From positions 1 to 49,405 of the forward strand of contig JAUWGT010000001.1 in assembly GCA_030606265.1 (NCBI GenBank): DNA of 49,405 nt. Direction: 5' to 3'. The stretch is from Candidatus Stahliibacteriota bacterium. Its GTDB lineage: Bacteria; Hydrothermota; Tepidihabitantia; SM23-42. Under the pieces are notes generated by a model. It saw only the letters and a list, made by a program, of their open reading frames with translations, made no database searches and had not been told where the DNA came from. Made by a program: the position numbers and the translations under genes. Below are positions 24,967 to 34,125 of this stretch, piece after piece; the stretch's first letter is position 1; every line of letters begins with the position of its first letter.

Positions 24967-26055
24967 TTACTTATGTGTTCCATGTTTATAAAACGGACCT
25001 TTGATGATTTCCGCATCTACCGGGGTCTTACCTATAACTTTGATTCTTGTACCTACTTTATTATGAGGTTTCTCAACATAGCCAATGCCCATCCCCTTAT
25101 TCATCGATGGAGAAAAGGTCCCCGAAGTCACGAATCCGATCTTTCCATCTTCAGCATGAATCTCTTGATGGGGTCTTGGAATGCCTTTACCGATCACTTC
25201 AAAACCAATAAGTTTTCGTTTGATTCCAGCTTCTTCAATCTTTAATAGACTATCCCGACCAATAAAATCGCCTTTGTCAAATTTGACGACCCAGCCTAAC
25301 CCTGCTTCTAAAGGGTTAGTTGTCTTGTCTATATCATTACCATAAAGACAGTATCTCATTTCAAAACGCAACGTGTCTCTTGCGCCAAGGCCGATTGGTT
25401 TAATATTGTGTTCTGCTCCTGCATCAAATATCATCTGCCAACACTGTACAGCGTATTTCTTGTCCACGTACACTTCAAAACCGTCTTCACCAGTATATCC
25501 GGTGCGTGAAAGAAGTACTGGGATATCCTTCATTTTTACCTCAGTTGCCCAATAATACTTTAATGTTGAAAGGTCCAAATCAAAAAGCTTCTGCATGGTG
25601 AATTCAGCCTTTGGTCCTTGAATTGCCAATTGACCTATATCATCACTGATGTTTTTGATATCGATATCGTATTTCTTATTATTGACAATCCACTGATAAT
25701 CCTTGTCTGTATTCGCTGCATTTACAATAAGCAAGATTCGATCTTTTAGGTTATATACCAGAAGATCATCAACAATACCAGCATCAGGGTACAGCATAGT
25801 TGCATATTGAACCTGATTCAATTCGAGCTTTGATGCATCATTAGTTGTTAAATAATTAGCGAATTTCGACCGGTCTTTACCCAAAATCTCAATCTCCCCC
25901 ATGTGAGACACATCGAAGACGCCAACGCCGGTGCGTACAGTACGGTGCTCATGGATAATACCCTCGAATTGAACAGGCATCAAAAATCCAGCGAATTCAA
26001 CAATCCTTCCGCCATTTTTCACGTGCATTTCGTAAAAAGGGGTCTTTTTGAGCAT
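24967..26055 (-). CDS. gcvT: glycine cleavage system aminomethyltransferase T
   Basis: 362 aa. KKTPFYEMH...GGRIVEFAGFLMPVQF, VFDVSHMGE and SRTGYTGEDGFE are present. Confidence 0.95.
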   Translation of the reverse strand: MLKKTPFYEMHVKNGGRIVEFAGFLMPVQFEGIIHEHRTVRTGVGVFDVSHMGEIEILGKDRSKFANYLTTNDASKLELNQVQYATMLYPDAGIVDDLLVYNLKDRILLIVNAANTDKDYQWIVNNKKYDIDIKNISDDIGQLAIQGPKAEFTMQKLFDLDLSTLKYYWATEVKMKDIPVLLSRTGYTGEDGFEVYVDKKYAVQCWQMIFDAGAEHNIKPIGLGARDTLRFEMRYCLYGNDIDKTTNPLEAGLGWVVKFDKGDFIGRDSLLKIEEAGIKRKLIGFEVIGKGIPRPHQEIHAEDGKIGFVTSGTFSPSMNKGMGIGYVEKPHNKVGTRIKVIGKTPVDAEIIKGPFYKHGTHK

Positions 26056-26061
26056 GAGGTT

Positions 26062-26089
26062 ATTATAACCGAAAAACGCAAAAAGTCAA
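26062..26089 (-). promoter_or_regulatory. sigma-70 promoter abutting the gcvT start (leaderless geometry)
   Basis: Minus strand: TTGACT (26089-26084), 16 nt, TATAAT (26067-26062), then 6 nt (AACCTC) to the ATG at 26055. Confidence 0.6.
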
Positions 26090-26180
26090 CGGAAGAACAT
26101 TGACATAAACCGACGAACGAATAGCTATTCACGGATTTTTGTAGTATGAAAACCATCAAGAGCCATCGCTCTTTTTTAAC

Positions 26181-26210
26181 AAAAAAGGGGGTGGTTTATT
26201 ACCACCCCCT
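26181..26210 (-). terminator. rho-independent terminator of the BNR/T9SS gene
   Basis: gggggtggt / accaccccc stem (26187-26209) with loop ttatt. The A6 run on the plus strand gives a U-tract on the minus-strand transcript. Confidence 0.75.
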
Positions 26211-26218
26211 TACTTAAT

Positions 26219-29200
26219 TTACTTCAAGAATATCGTTTTCTTTACAATCGATTGTTCACCAGTATTTAGCCTGATAAAGTACACACCTTGAGGTAAATTT
26301 CTAGTATTGAAAGTCTTACCATAAGTACCAGCTTTTTGTGCAGAATTCGTCAATGCACTAACCAATCTACCGGTCACATCGAAAATTGATAGATTAATTA
26401 AAGCTTCTTTAGGTAAAGTATACTGAACAGTGAATTCTTTGTGAGCTGGATTCGGAAATACATTTAGCATGAGCTGTCCTGAACCAAACAATGCATTGTC
26501 AGCGCTCTGCGGTCCTCCACCACCTTTGCCTGATTCTTGTTCATATTCATAAATCACCAATGCCGCGCACACTGCATCATTACCGAAGATCTTTACATTA
26601 ATTGCAGTATCAGCGTACAAATTCTCCGGCAATAGCTGTTTGTAGACAATTAAACTCTCTGGTGGAAGAGTTATATTTCCAATCAGAATATTGTCAATTT
26701 TAACTGTAATCGGCAGATTACCATAACCTTCCTGATATGCATAGGCTGCCAAGGCATATTCTCTTTCTGGCTTCAACATCTCAAACTGGTATTCAAGATA
26801 TTCAGTATCATAATCTATCCTCTTGTAAAATTCAGTGCCGTACTGCACATAACCCTCACGATGTAGATTAAACGGTGAGGCTTCAATTTCTCCACCTTCA
26901 GCAATATAAAATGCAAGATCTTCATCAGGATTTGAACCACCAAAGGTATAATTTTCGAACATAACATCAAAGGGTGCATTGTCTTTTTCAGCCCAGGTGA
27001 AATATACTATAGTTCCAAGAACTGTTTGTTTATGAACTATATGGGGATAATTTGATTCATCATCTGGACTATTGCTAATATTAATTGGACCAACCCAGCC
27101 AGTTCCAGCATTATACCAGAAATAGATTTCACCTTTTCCATTCACATCTGCAAAACAACTCATTGCATTGCCACCAGTAAACACAGGATAGTCTAAACGA
27201 TAATCAGTTGAAAAACTCTCATAACGTGTCCAGTAATGTCTGCCATTTGTATAAACTGCATATTTACGGTAGATATCACCAAATCTCTCCCAGACCACGT
27301 AAACATTTGTACCAGCAACTTCAATAGAAGGATGATGAGAGTTATTAGTGGAAACAGTTTCTTCATCACCCCAGGTTCCTGACACTGTTCTTGAACGATA
27401 CCTTATTTTGTTGTTATCTTCCCATACTACATGAATTTCTGGATGGCTTCCACCAGGATTCATAAAACCAATACTCGGATTTATTCCTGAACCAAAATCA
27501 GGGTCAGTCGAAGGCGGATCTGGAATATAAAAGTCAAATTCAGTATAGTACACGTTATCATTTTCTGTATTTGCATAAACAACTCGACCTTTACTATCAG
27601 TACCAACCACGAATGATGGTGGACCAAAGTCATAATCTGTCGTCACAATTGGTGTTGGTAGAGTCCAATTGTAGTCTGATATATGTCTTGCAAAATAGAT
27701 TGTATCCCTCGTACCCTGTGCCCACCAGACAATACCTGGTATTGGTGTTTCTGCATTTGGATTTGAACTTATTGCTGGATTACACCCATAACCAATTTCC
27801 ATCTTGCGTGACCAGGTTGTACCTCCATTATCCGAGTGAACAGCATAGATAACTCCACCACTCTCATAAGTTATCCAATAATCATCTACACCACCTCTGA
27901 TCATTTTCTTTGCTGAATTCGTGCTCGTTGCCTTATTTGTACTGCTTGTCAGATGTTTGACTTTATATTGTGGGTAGAATACATATGTACCCTTTGGTGT
28001 TGCTGCATAGACTTTATCACTCTGCGAATTATCAATCGTCAGGTCATTTATATAGACTGGCGGATTCTGCCCCGGTTCCAGAGTGAATTGAAACCACTCC
28101 GCTGCACCATCAACTGAACAATATAGATAATTTTCATCACTGTTATAATCTTGTTGCATCAGTGCATAAAGAATTACAGGCTCTTCTGGATCAATTTCTA
28201 TATCTTTATTGTAGTAATGAAGTAATCCGGAATTTTTAAATACCCAATTATTAGCTGCATCGATAGTTTTGAAAAGACCATCCTCTCCACCACAATATAT
28301 GTTGACGTACTTAATTGGGTCAACACCAACTGCATTTAACGCACCAGATAAACCATTGTTCTTAAGCGACCATGATTGTCCACCATTGGTAGTCTTGTAT
28401 AGTTTAGGAAGATATGGACTATCAAACGTATACCCAGCCGTATAAACTATATTACTGTATTGAGGATCTGCTTCAATCGCATTTAAACGACCTTCAAATG
28501 TAAAAGGAAATTCGTAGCAACTTACCCAACCGTTATAAGTATAAAAAACAGAAGGTCCACCAACGCCAAATATTGAAGAGCTTGCATATGCTGAATCAGG
28601 GTTAGTGTATGAAAGAGTGATATCGGTGATTCCTTTTGCGAATGCATAGTTATCCCAATTCAAACCTCCGTTAACAGTTTTAACAATATGTCCAATATTT
28701 CCCCAGTATGAGGCGTATATGATATCTGTATTTTGACGGTGCAATTTCAACATCGGTAGGTTCAAAGTCATGATCAATGTAGACCCACTGCCAATTGTTA
28801 CCTGCATCATAACTTTTTATTATCCCGTCAATTTGATCAAATGGTGTATATGATGTCTCGAATATATTTGAATTTACCGCTGAGATATCATCGCTCTCGG
28901 CTAGCTTGTAGCCATTGCTCTTTTCTTGCCAAAGGTTACCATAATTAGCACTTTTGTAAAGGGCAGCATACGCACCAACAAATAGCCAGCCAGGTGTCTG
29001 TGGGTGTTGAATTAAGGAACGAAGATTCCTATCAACAATACCATTGTTACTTTCAAACCAACTGCCACTATTGCCGTAATTTGTGCTTTTATAAAATCCC
29101 CACGGCCAAAATGTTGTATACATAATTTGACCTGCAGTATTTTTCTCAATTTCTAAAGCAGTTGGTTCAGGAGTTGGTAGATAAGGACCTAGTCTAAAAA

Positions 29201-29978
29201 CTTCTTGCCATGTTGAACCATTGTTTTGTGTTCTATAAATCACTCCGCAATCGCCATCCCAATCTCTAACACCAACAAATAACGCATTGGGAAGTATGTC
29301 AGTATTTAGTGTTAAACAATAAATATCTGCTAATCCTGCGGGAGGATTCAATCGAATCCAATTATTTCCTCCATCTATGCTTTTCCATACTGAATTGTTA
29401 GTGGCAACATAAAGAATTTGAGGGCTGTTAGGGTTTACCCAGATATCTCTAACTGTATATGAATGGATTAAACTTGAACTTCCGCAAGGATTCCATTGTT
29501 CTCCACCGTTAATTGTTCTGAAGATTGTATAATCAACATCTGTATACCATTCAAAACCAGCATAGATGACATTTGGGTTATTTGGATCCATGGCAAAACA
29601 TAAGGGATTGGTATTGGTAATCCCATAACTCTTTGACTCCCAGGTCTGACCCCAATCAGTAGATTTCCAGACTGGAGTTGCATCATTCTTGCCGATGTAA
29701 ACAACTCGTGCATAATTTGGTTCAGTAATCACACAGGTAGGATTTGTGACTTCTGGGTGTGTATATATCGAATCCCAGTATTCCCCTTCGTTCACTGATT
29801 TATAGAGTTTATGGGTCCTATCCGCGGCATAGATGACCCAGGTAGAACCATCCTGTCCCATACTCATATCATCCGCCCTTCCTGCAGGCGGACCATTTAA
29901 TGACTGCCACTCTGCTGAGAATACCGTTAGTGGCAGACTTATGATTAATGCTATTACTTTCTTCATTTTACCCTCCAC
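26219..29978 (-). pseudogene. about 1250-aa secreted BNR/sortilin-type repeat protein with a T9SS C-terminal sorting domain, split into two ORFs by a 1-nt frameshift at a T4/A4 run (28731-28734)
   Basis: ORF 28680-29978 has a signal peptide (MKKVIALIISLPLTVFSA) and six S/T-x-D/N-x-G-x-x-W repeats. ORF 26219-28810 continues the same repeats (KTVNGGLNW, KTTNGGQSW...) and ends in a T9SS tail (...FPNPAHKEFTVQY...GVYFIRL...K). Removing one base from the run fuses ...DVEIAPS to NTDIIYASYWGN... Confidence 0.7.
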
Positions 29979-30127
29979 AAATTTTCCCCAAATCTTTTAT
30001 TTGACCAGAAAATTTAGTGTCCCGAGCTTGTCGAGGAACTTCATTCTTGCTTTGTCTGTGCAAAACATAGATGCACACAGATATTTGTCTCCAATTCTCC
30101 GTGTCTCCATTTCTCCCCTTCTCAGGT

Positions 30128-31591
30128 TCATTTCACCACCACTACTTTTTTAGTAGTATACTCTTCTTCTGCCCTGAGCATTATAAAATAAACACCATCA
30201 CACACCTCTTTGTTAGAACTTAACACAAAATAACCAGAAACTTGATGCACTGGAAAGTTATCTACAACCCTTCCAGTAACATCCATTATTAATATCTCAG
30301 CTTTTTTATAATCTCCTAAATTATAATAAATAAAAGAATTTCTCGTTAGAATTGTGGAACAATTTAATGATAAATCTGGAGAATAAAATCGGAATTTATT
30401 TGTTTCATCTATTCCGGTAAGATTTTTTCGTTTGTAGTAAATCTCGTCTGTCCTGTTGACTGGATCATCACGTTGATCAGACCAGAACAGATGCAGAAAT
30501 TTACTACCACTACTAGTTAATGAAGGTGAGCGAGACCACTCAGGTGCATCTGTCAATCTTACCTCATTCTCCCAGGTCTGCCCCAAATCAATACTCATTC
30601 GATAATATGTCTCAAAATTATTATTAAAACCATGTCTGTCATCTTCCCAGACTAAATGCAAATTATTATCTTCAGCAAGAATGTCTGAAGCAACTGCCCG
30701 ATGCTGAACAGTCAATGAATCAATCTCTTCCCATGTATTACCTGAATCCCTGCTCGCTCTGTAAAATATGTCTCCAGTCCAGGCATAAGGCGAATATTTA
30801 TAGTCATACCAGGTGATATGAATTCCGCTGCTATCATCCGTATCCATTGCCGGACGCTGACCAGCAACTGAGTCATTCTGTGAGACCATAATGCTATCAA
30901 GCCAGGTTTGACCACCATCATAACTAAGAACTTGGAAAACTTCGGTACAAACCGGAGACCCGCCCTTGGCATACGAAATAATAAGACTAAAAACATCAGC
31001 TGAAATACTACGTATTCGAGGTGAGGAACTCGCCCTTGTTATTTCAATAATCGGTTGCCAATTATTACCACCATCATAACTTTTCGTAAATCGTAAGACA
31101 CCCAGCGAACCAATTGTACCAGCAATATAGACCGTATCTCCAATTGCGCAAATCGATGAATAGGTCATCCCGGGCACGATTGAGTCTATGCTCTCCCAGC
31201 TTTCTCCGCCATCCATGCTTCGCCGATAAAGTAAACCGAAATCATCCTCAAACCATATAACATGAACAACATTGCCCCACACTGCAACCTGCGGCATTGT
31301 TGAACTCTGCGTATCCTCCACGCTCAACATCACATCATCTCCCCAAGTCTCACCCGCATCAGTGCTGCGTTTGTAGAAAACTTCTTCAAGAACAGTTAAT
31401 GAATCCCAATAATGCTCCCACCAAACAAGGTAAATCGTGTCACCGTTGCATGCAGCCTTTGGATCCATTGAAGCACCTTGTCTGTAGGTCAACCTCATAT
31501 CCTCAGTCCAACCAGATTGCGCATTAAGAAAGATTGATGGATTCAAGACTAAAAAACAAATGATAAAGGAAATTACATAAGTGTTTCTCAT
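30128..31591 (-). CDS. secreted BNR-repeat (sialidase-fold-like) protein with a T9SS-type C-terminal domain
   Basis: 487 aa with a signal peptide. Six BNR motifs (STDAGETW, SMDGGESW, SYDGGNNW, SYDGGQTW, SRDSGNTW, SIDLGQTW). C-terminus ...IMDVTGRVV...GVYFIMLRAEEEYTTKKVVVVK. Confidence 0.8.
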   Translation of the reverse strand: MRNTYVISFIICFLVLNPSIFLNAQSGWTEDMRLTYRQGASMDPKAACNGDTIYLVWWEHYWDSLTVLEEVFYKRSTDAGETWGDDVMLSVEDTQSSTMPQVAVWGNVVHVIWFEDDFGLLYRRSMDGGESWESIDSIVPGMTYSSICAIGDTVYIAGTIGSLGVLRFTKSYDGGNNWQPIIEITRASSSPRIRSISADVFSLIISYAKGGSPVCTEVFQVLSYDGGQTWLDSIMVSQNDSVAGQRPAMDTDDSSGIHITWYDYKYSPYAWTGDIFYRASRDSGNTWEEIDSLTVQHRAVASDILAEDNNLHLVWEDDRHGFNNNFETYYRMSIDLGQTWENEVRLTDAPEWSRSPSLTSSGSKFLHLFWSDQRDDPVNRTDEIYYKRKNLTGIDETNKFRFYSPDLSLNCSTILTRNSFIYYNLGDYKKAEILIMDVTGRVVDNFPVHQVSGYFVLSSNKEVCDGVYFIMLRAEEEYTTKKVVVVK

Positions 31592-31608
31592 TGTTACCCA
31601 ACCCGGTA

Positions 31609-31636
31609 ATTATACTGTTGATAGCAGAGAAGTCAA
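31609..31636 (-). promoter_or_regulatory. sigma-70 promoter of the 30128-31591 gene (short leader)
   Basis: Minus strand: TTGACT (31636-31631), 16 nt, TATAAT (31614-31609), then 17 nt to the ATG at 31591. Confidence 0.5.
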
Positions 31637-31884
31637 GACCTTAATTTTTGTTGCTTTCATTGTATTTCCTTACTGTCATGTTTAAGAATATTGTAATGAT
31701 TGGCTATATTCGATAAAGCAATTCTTGGGTATGGGTAAATTGTAATTGTCAGATCATAAGCACCAAAGTATTGAAAATAAAGGAATAAATTAGCAGGGCA
31801 GTGATTGATCTAAAATAACTTTTAACCTTTCATTTGAGCTTTGGCTTTATTAAGAATTTGCCACGAATCCCTAACGATCTCTAT

Positions 31885-33153
31885 TTATCTCGCCAGAATT
31901 GTAGTCTTTTTTGCCTTTATGACCTTGTTTTGATTGTAATATTCAAGATAAACAATATACAAACCTGTTGGCAAATCTTTGCTACCTGTTTTGCCATTCC
32001 AATAAGTAGTGCCAGACCCTAATAAACATAACTCCTTTCTGCAAAGAAATCGCACTAATTTACCACGGCTGTCAAAAATCGCAATACTCAACAAACCACC
32101 AGCATCTGGGAGCCGGTAATCGATCTGTAAATTGTCTTCGATACCATCATTATCCGGGGTAAAAATGGCTGGAGAAAGCACCAATTCACCGATCTCACCC
32201 ACAACCCTGAGTTCCTTAAATGCCAAGTTATTCGTTAGGTCTCTGTCACCGGGGAAGTTCACTTGAAAACCAAGCATATGCATGCCTTGTTCTGGGTATT
32301 TATATGTACACACAATAGAAACACTATCTGAGGCATAGACAAGGAGTCCGGCAATTTGAGTTATTAACTCATCCGAATTCAAGATGCTATCATTATTCTT
32401 ATCATCAAAGACTGTCAGAGAATATTCATCGGTTTCTCTAAGACCATAGTTCTTAATTCTCATTGCAATATTTACGTCTTCCCCAGTATTTACAATGGCT
32501 GGAGTGAAAATAATAGACTGTGATTCAATCGCAAGATCAAGTGCATTAGTAGTACTGTTTTCTCTACCTGGAGTACAGCCACCTGAATCTATACACGTAT
32601 GCCAGTTAGTAACAGTATCAGGCAATGATAGCTCAATACGTTCCCATGATATGCCATCGCCTGGATCAGAGGGGAAATAGTCCAGTGTGTCGTAAGGGGT
32701 TCCAAAGGATGTCGTACAGGCATGAAGAATTGAAAAAATGATCAACGGGTCTGATGTCTGAAGTCCATTACCGATCGTTGTATCATCAGTAGTGAGAACC
32801 AATGTTGAATCAGGGAAGTCATAGGGTTGAACATTACCTCCGGTTGTGTCATGACTTGTATATTCACGGTCAAGAATCAACCCATACGAATAAGGATAAA
32901 GGAGCGTGGAATGAATTCTCAAACCCGGATATTTTATGAGGATCGCATCATCGTCCCAAGGACAGATATCATCAGGGCTGACATCAAAGTCATCGATGAG
33001 ATAATTCAAGAGATCGAGCGTATCAGTACTCAGGTTATAGATCTCAATATACTCATTTCTATCCCCACAGGTCTGTTCTGAACCTCTAACATTAGACATC
33101 ACCTCTGTGATGATAATCGGTGAAGCCGCAAAAATAGACAGTAATACAAGCAT
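31885..33153 (-). CDS. secreted lamin-tail-domain (LTD) protein with CARDB-like middle region and FlgD-Ig/T9SS-type C-terminal domain
   Basis: 422 aa with GGAGG 6 nt upstream. LTD signature IIITEVMSN...NEYIEIYNLSTDTLDL. C-terminus ...FTPDNDGIEDNL...IFDSRGKLV...TYWNGK...PTGLYIVYLEY. Confidence 0.75.
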   Translation of the reverse strand: MLVLLSIFAASPIIITEVMSNVRGSEQTCGDRNEYIEIYNLSTDTLDLLNYLIDDFDVSPDDICPWDDDAILIKYPGLRIHSTLLYPYSYGLILDREYTSHDTTGGNVQPYDFPDSTLVLTTDDTTIGNGLQTSDPLIIFSILHACTTSFGTPYDTLDYFPSDPGDGISWERIELSLPDTVTNWHTCIDSGGCTPGRENSTTNALDLAIESQSIIFTPAIVNTGEDVNIAMRIKNYGLRETDEYSLTVFDDKNNDSILNSDELITQIAGLLVYASDSVSIVCTYKYPEQGMHMLGFQVNFPGDRDLTNNLAFKELRVVGEIGELVLSPAIFTPDNDGIEDNLQIDYRLPDAGGLLSIAIFDSRGKLVRFLCRKELCLLGSGTTYWNGKTGSKDLPTGLYIVYLEYYNQNKVIKAKKTTILAR

Positions 33154-33179
33154 TCGCTTCCTCCAGAAAAAAATAAAGT

Positions 33180-33660
33180 TATTAAGTTATTGCCGCAAAG
33201 CAGTTATTGAGTAACTGAGTAATTAAGTTATTTACTCTTCGAGCCTGTCTCGAGCGAAATCGAGAGGCTTGTCGAGAAGTACCTCAACGTGTCATTGCGA
33301 GAACCCTGAGCTTATCGAAGGGGACGAAGCAATCTCTGGAGATTGCCGCGCTCACTGCGTTCGCTCGCAAAGACATAGCAGAGAATTCTCAGCGCTCAAC
33401 GCACACTCCGTTATTTATCCCAGGAGCGAAGCGACATGTCTCCAATGAAATGTGTCCTCAGCCGACCTGTCTCGAATTATTATGAGAGGAGGCGTGTCTT
33501 CAGTTCGCGAATGCGAACATGATCCCAGCGTAGCGGGACACCTTACTCCCTCCGCCTTATACTCTCTTCGCTCTACTCTCTACGCTTTACGATCTTCACA
33601 TTGGTGCATCTCACTACGTTCGATACATTCAATTTTCCAGCCAAATCATAGATTTGGGGA
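33180..33660. repeat. intergenic mosaic of repeat modules (G, F, D, E)
   Basis: 33291-33421 is the reverse complement of 491-631, about 90% identical by eye. cagccgacctgtctcgaattattatgagaggaggcgtgtc recurs at 44718-44760. ctacgctttacg-type words recur at 5380-5400 and 45110-45135. Confidence 0.85.
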
Positions 33661-33667
33661 AAATTGA

Positions 33668-34014
33668 TGGAGGCGGCGGGAATTGAACCCGCGTCCGAAA
33701 CACTTCGATGATAAGGACTACATACTTAGTCTCTTTATGTTTCTCCTCATGCGTCACCAAGAGACAGGTCTGCATGAGATAGCCTTTTTAACTATCCTAT
33801 CAATCCATAAGGCGTGAATTAATAGGTTTCAGCCCTATATGACGCCTGGCCCTGAGCTGGGCTGACCACCCAGGCAGACGTAGCTGCAATTATTATGCAG
33901 CTAGTGCATATCCGTATTCAGGATGTTTTTTTCTCAGGTCGGATTAACGAGGTGGCCAGAACCCTCGGTATGCCCTTTTTCATTTCAATCGTCTCGTCGA
34001 GACCGATCGCCCCC
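33668..34014 (-). ncRNA. ssrA: tmRNA (SsrA)
   Basis: The minus-strand 5' end GGGGGCGATCGGTCTCGACG pairs with the 3' end ...GGGTTCAATTCCCGCCGCCTCCA, giving a tRNA-Ala-like acceptor with G3-U and a T arm GCGGG-TTCAATT-CCCGC. The internal frame ...CCT GAA TAC GGA TAT GCA CTA GCT GCA TAA TAA (33890-33922) encodes a tag ending in PEYGYALAA with tandem stops. A consensus promoter lies 8 nt upstream. Confidence 0.85.
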
Positions 34015-34022
34015 ATAAAAAC

Positions 34023-34050
34023 ATTATAGACAATTCCTTCGATTTGTCAA
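34023..34050 (-). promoter_or_regulatory. sigma-70 promoter of ssrA
   Basis: Minus strand: TTGACA (34050-34045), 16 nt, TATAAT (34028-34023), then 8 nt to the mature-looking 5' GGGGG. Confidence 0.6.
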
Positions 34051-34125
34051 TACAGTTCTACATTTCAGACAATCAAGACCTTCATTTGGTAAACTGATAT
34101 TCCACAATAAGAAGAAGCCAGGACT

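Noticed and set aside
26056-26218. Glycine riboswitch upstream of gcvT.
   Set aside because: The consensus promoter ends 6 nt before the ATG, so there is no 5' UTR to hold a riboswitch. The rest of the gap is the terminator of the upstream convergent-context gene.
33452-33667. Track ORF 33452-33667(+), 71 aa.
   Set aside because: It is repeat-encoded (modules F and E) and abuts the tmRNA 3' end.
33180-34125. Integrated mobile element or prophage at the tmRNA or tRNA-Arg loci.
   Set aside because: No integrase, recombinase or phage-like genes flank either RNA gene, and no duplicated 3'-end fragment of ssrA or the tRNA was seen.
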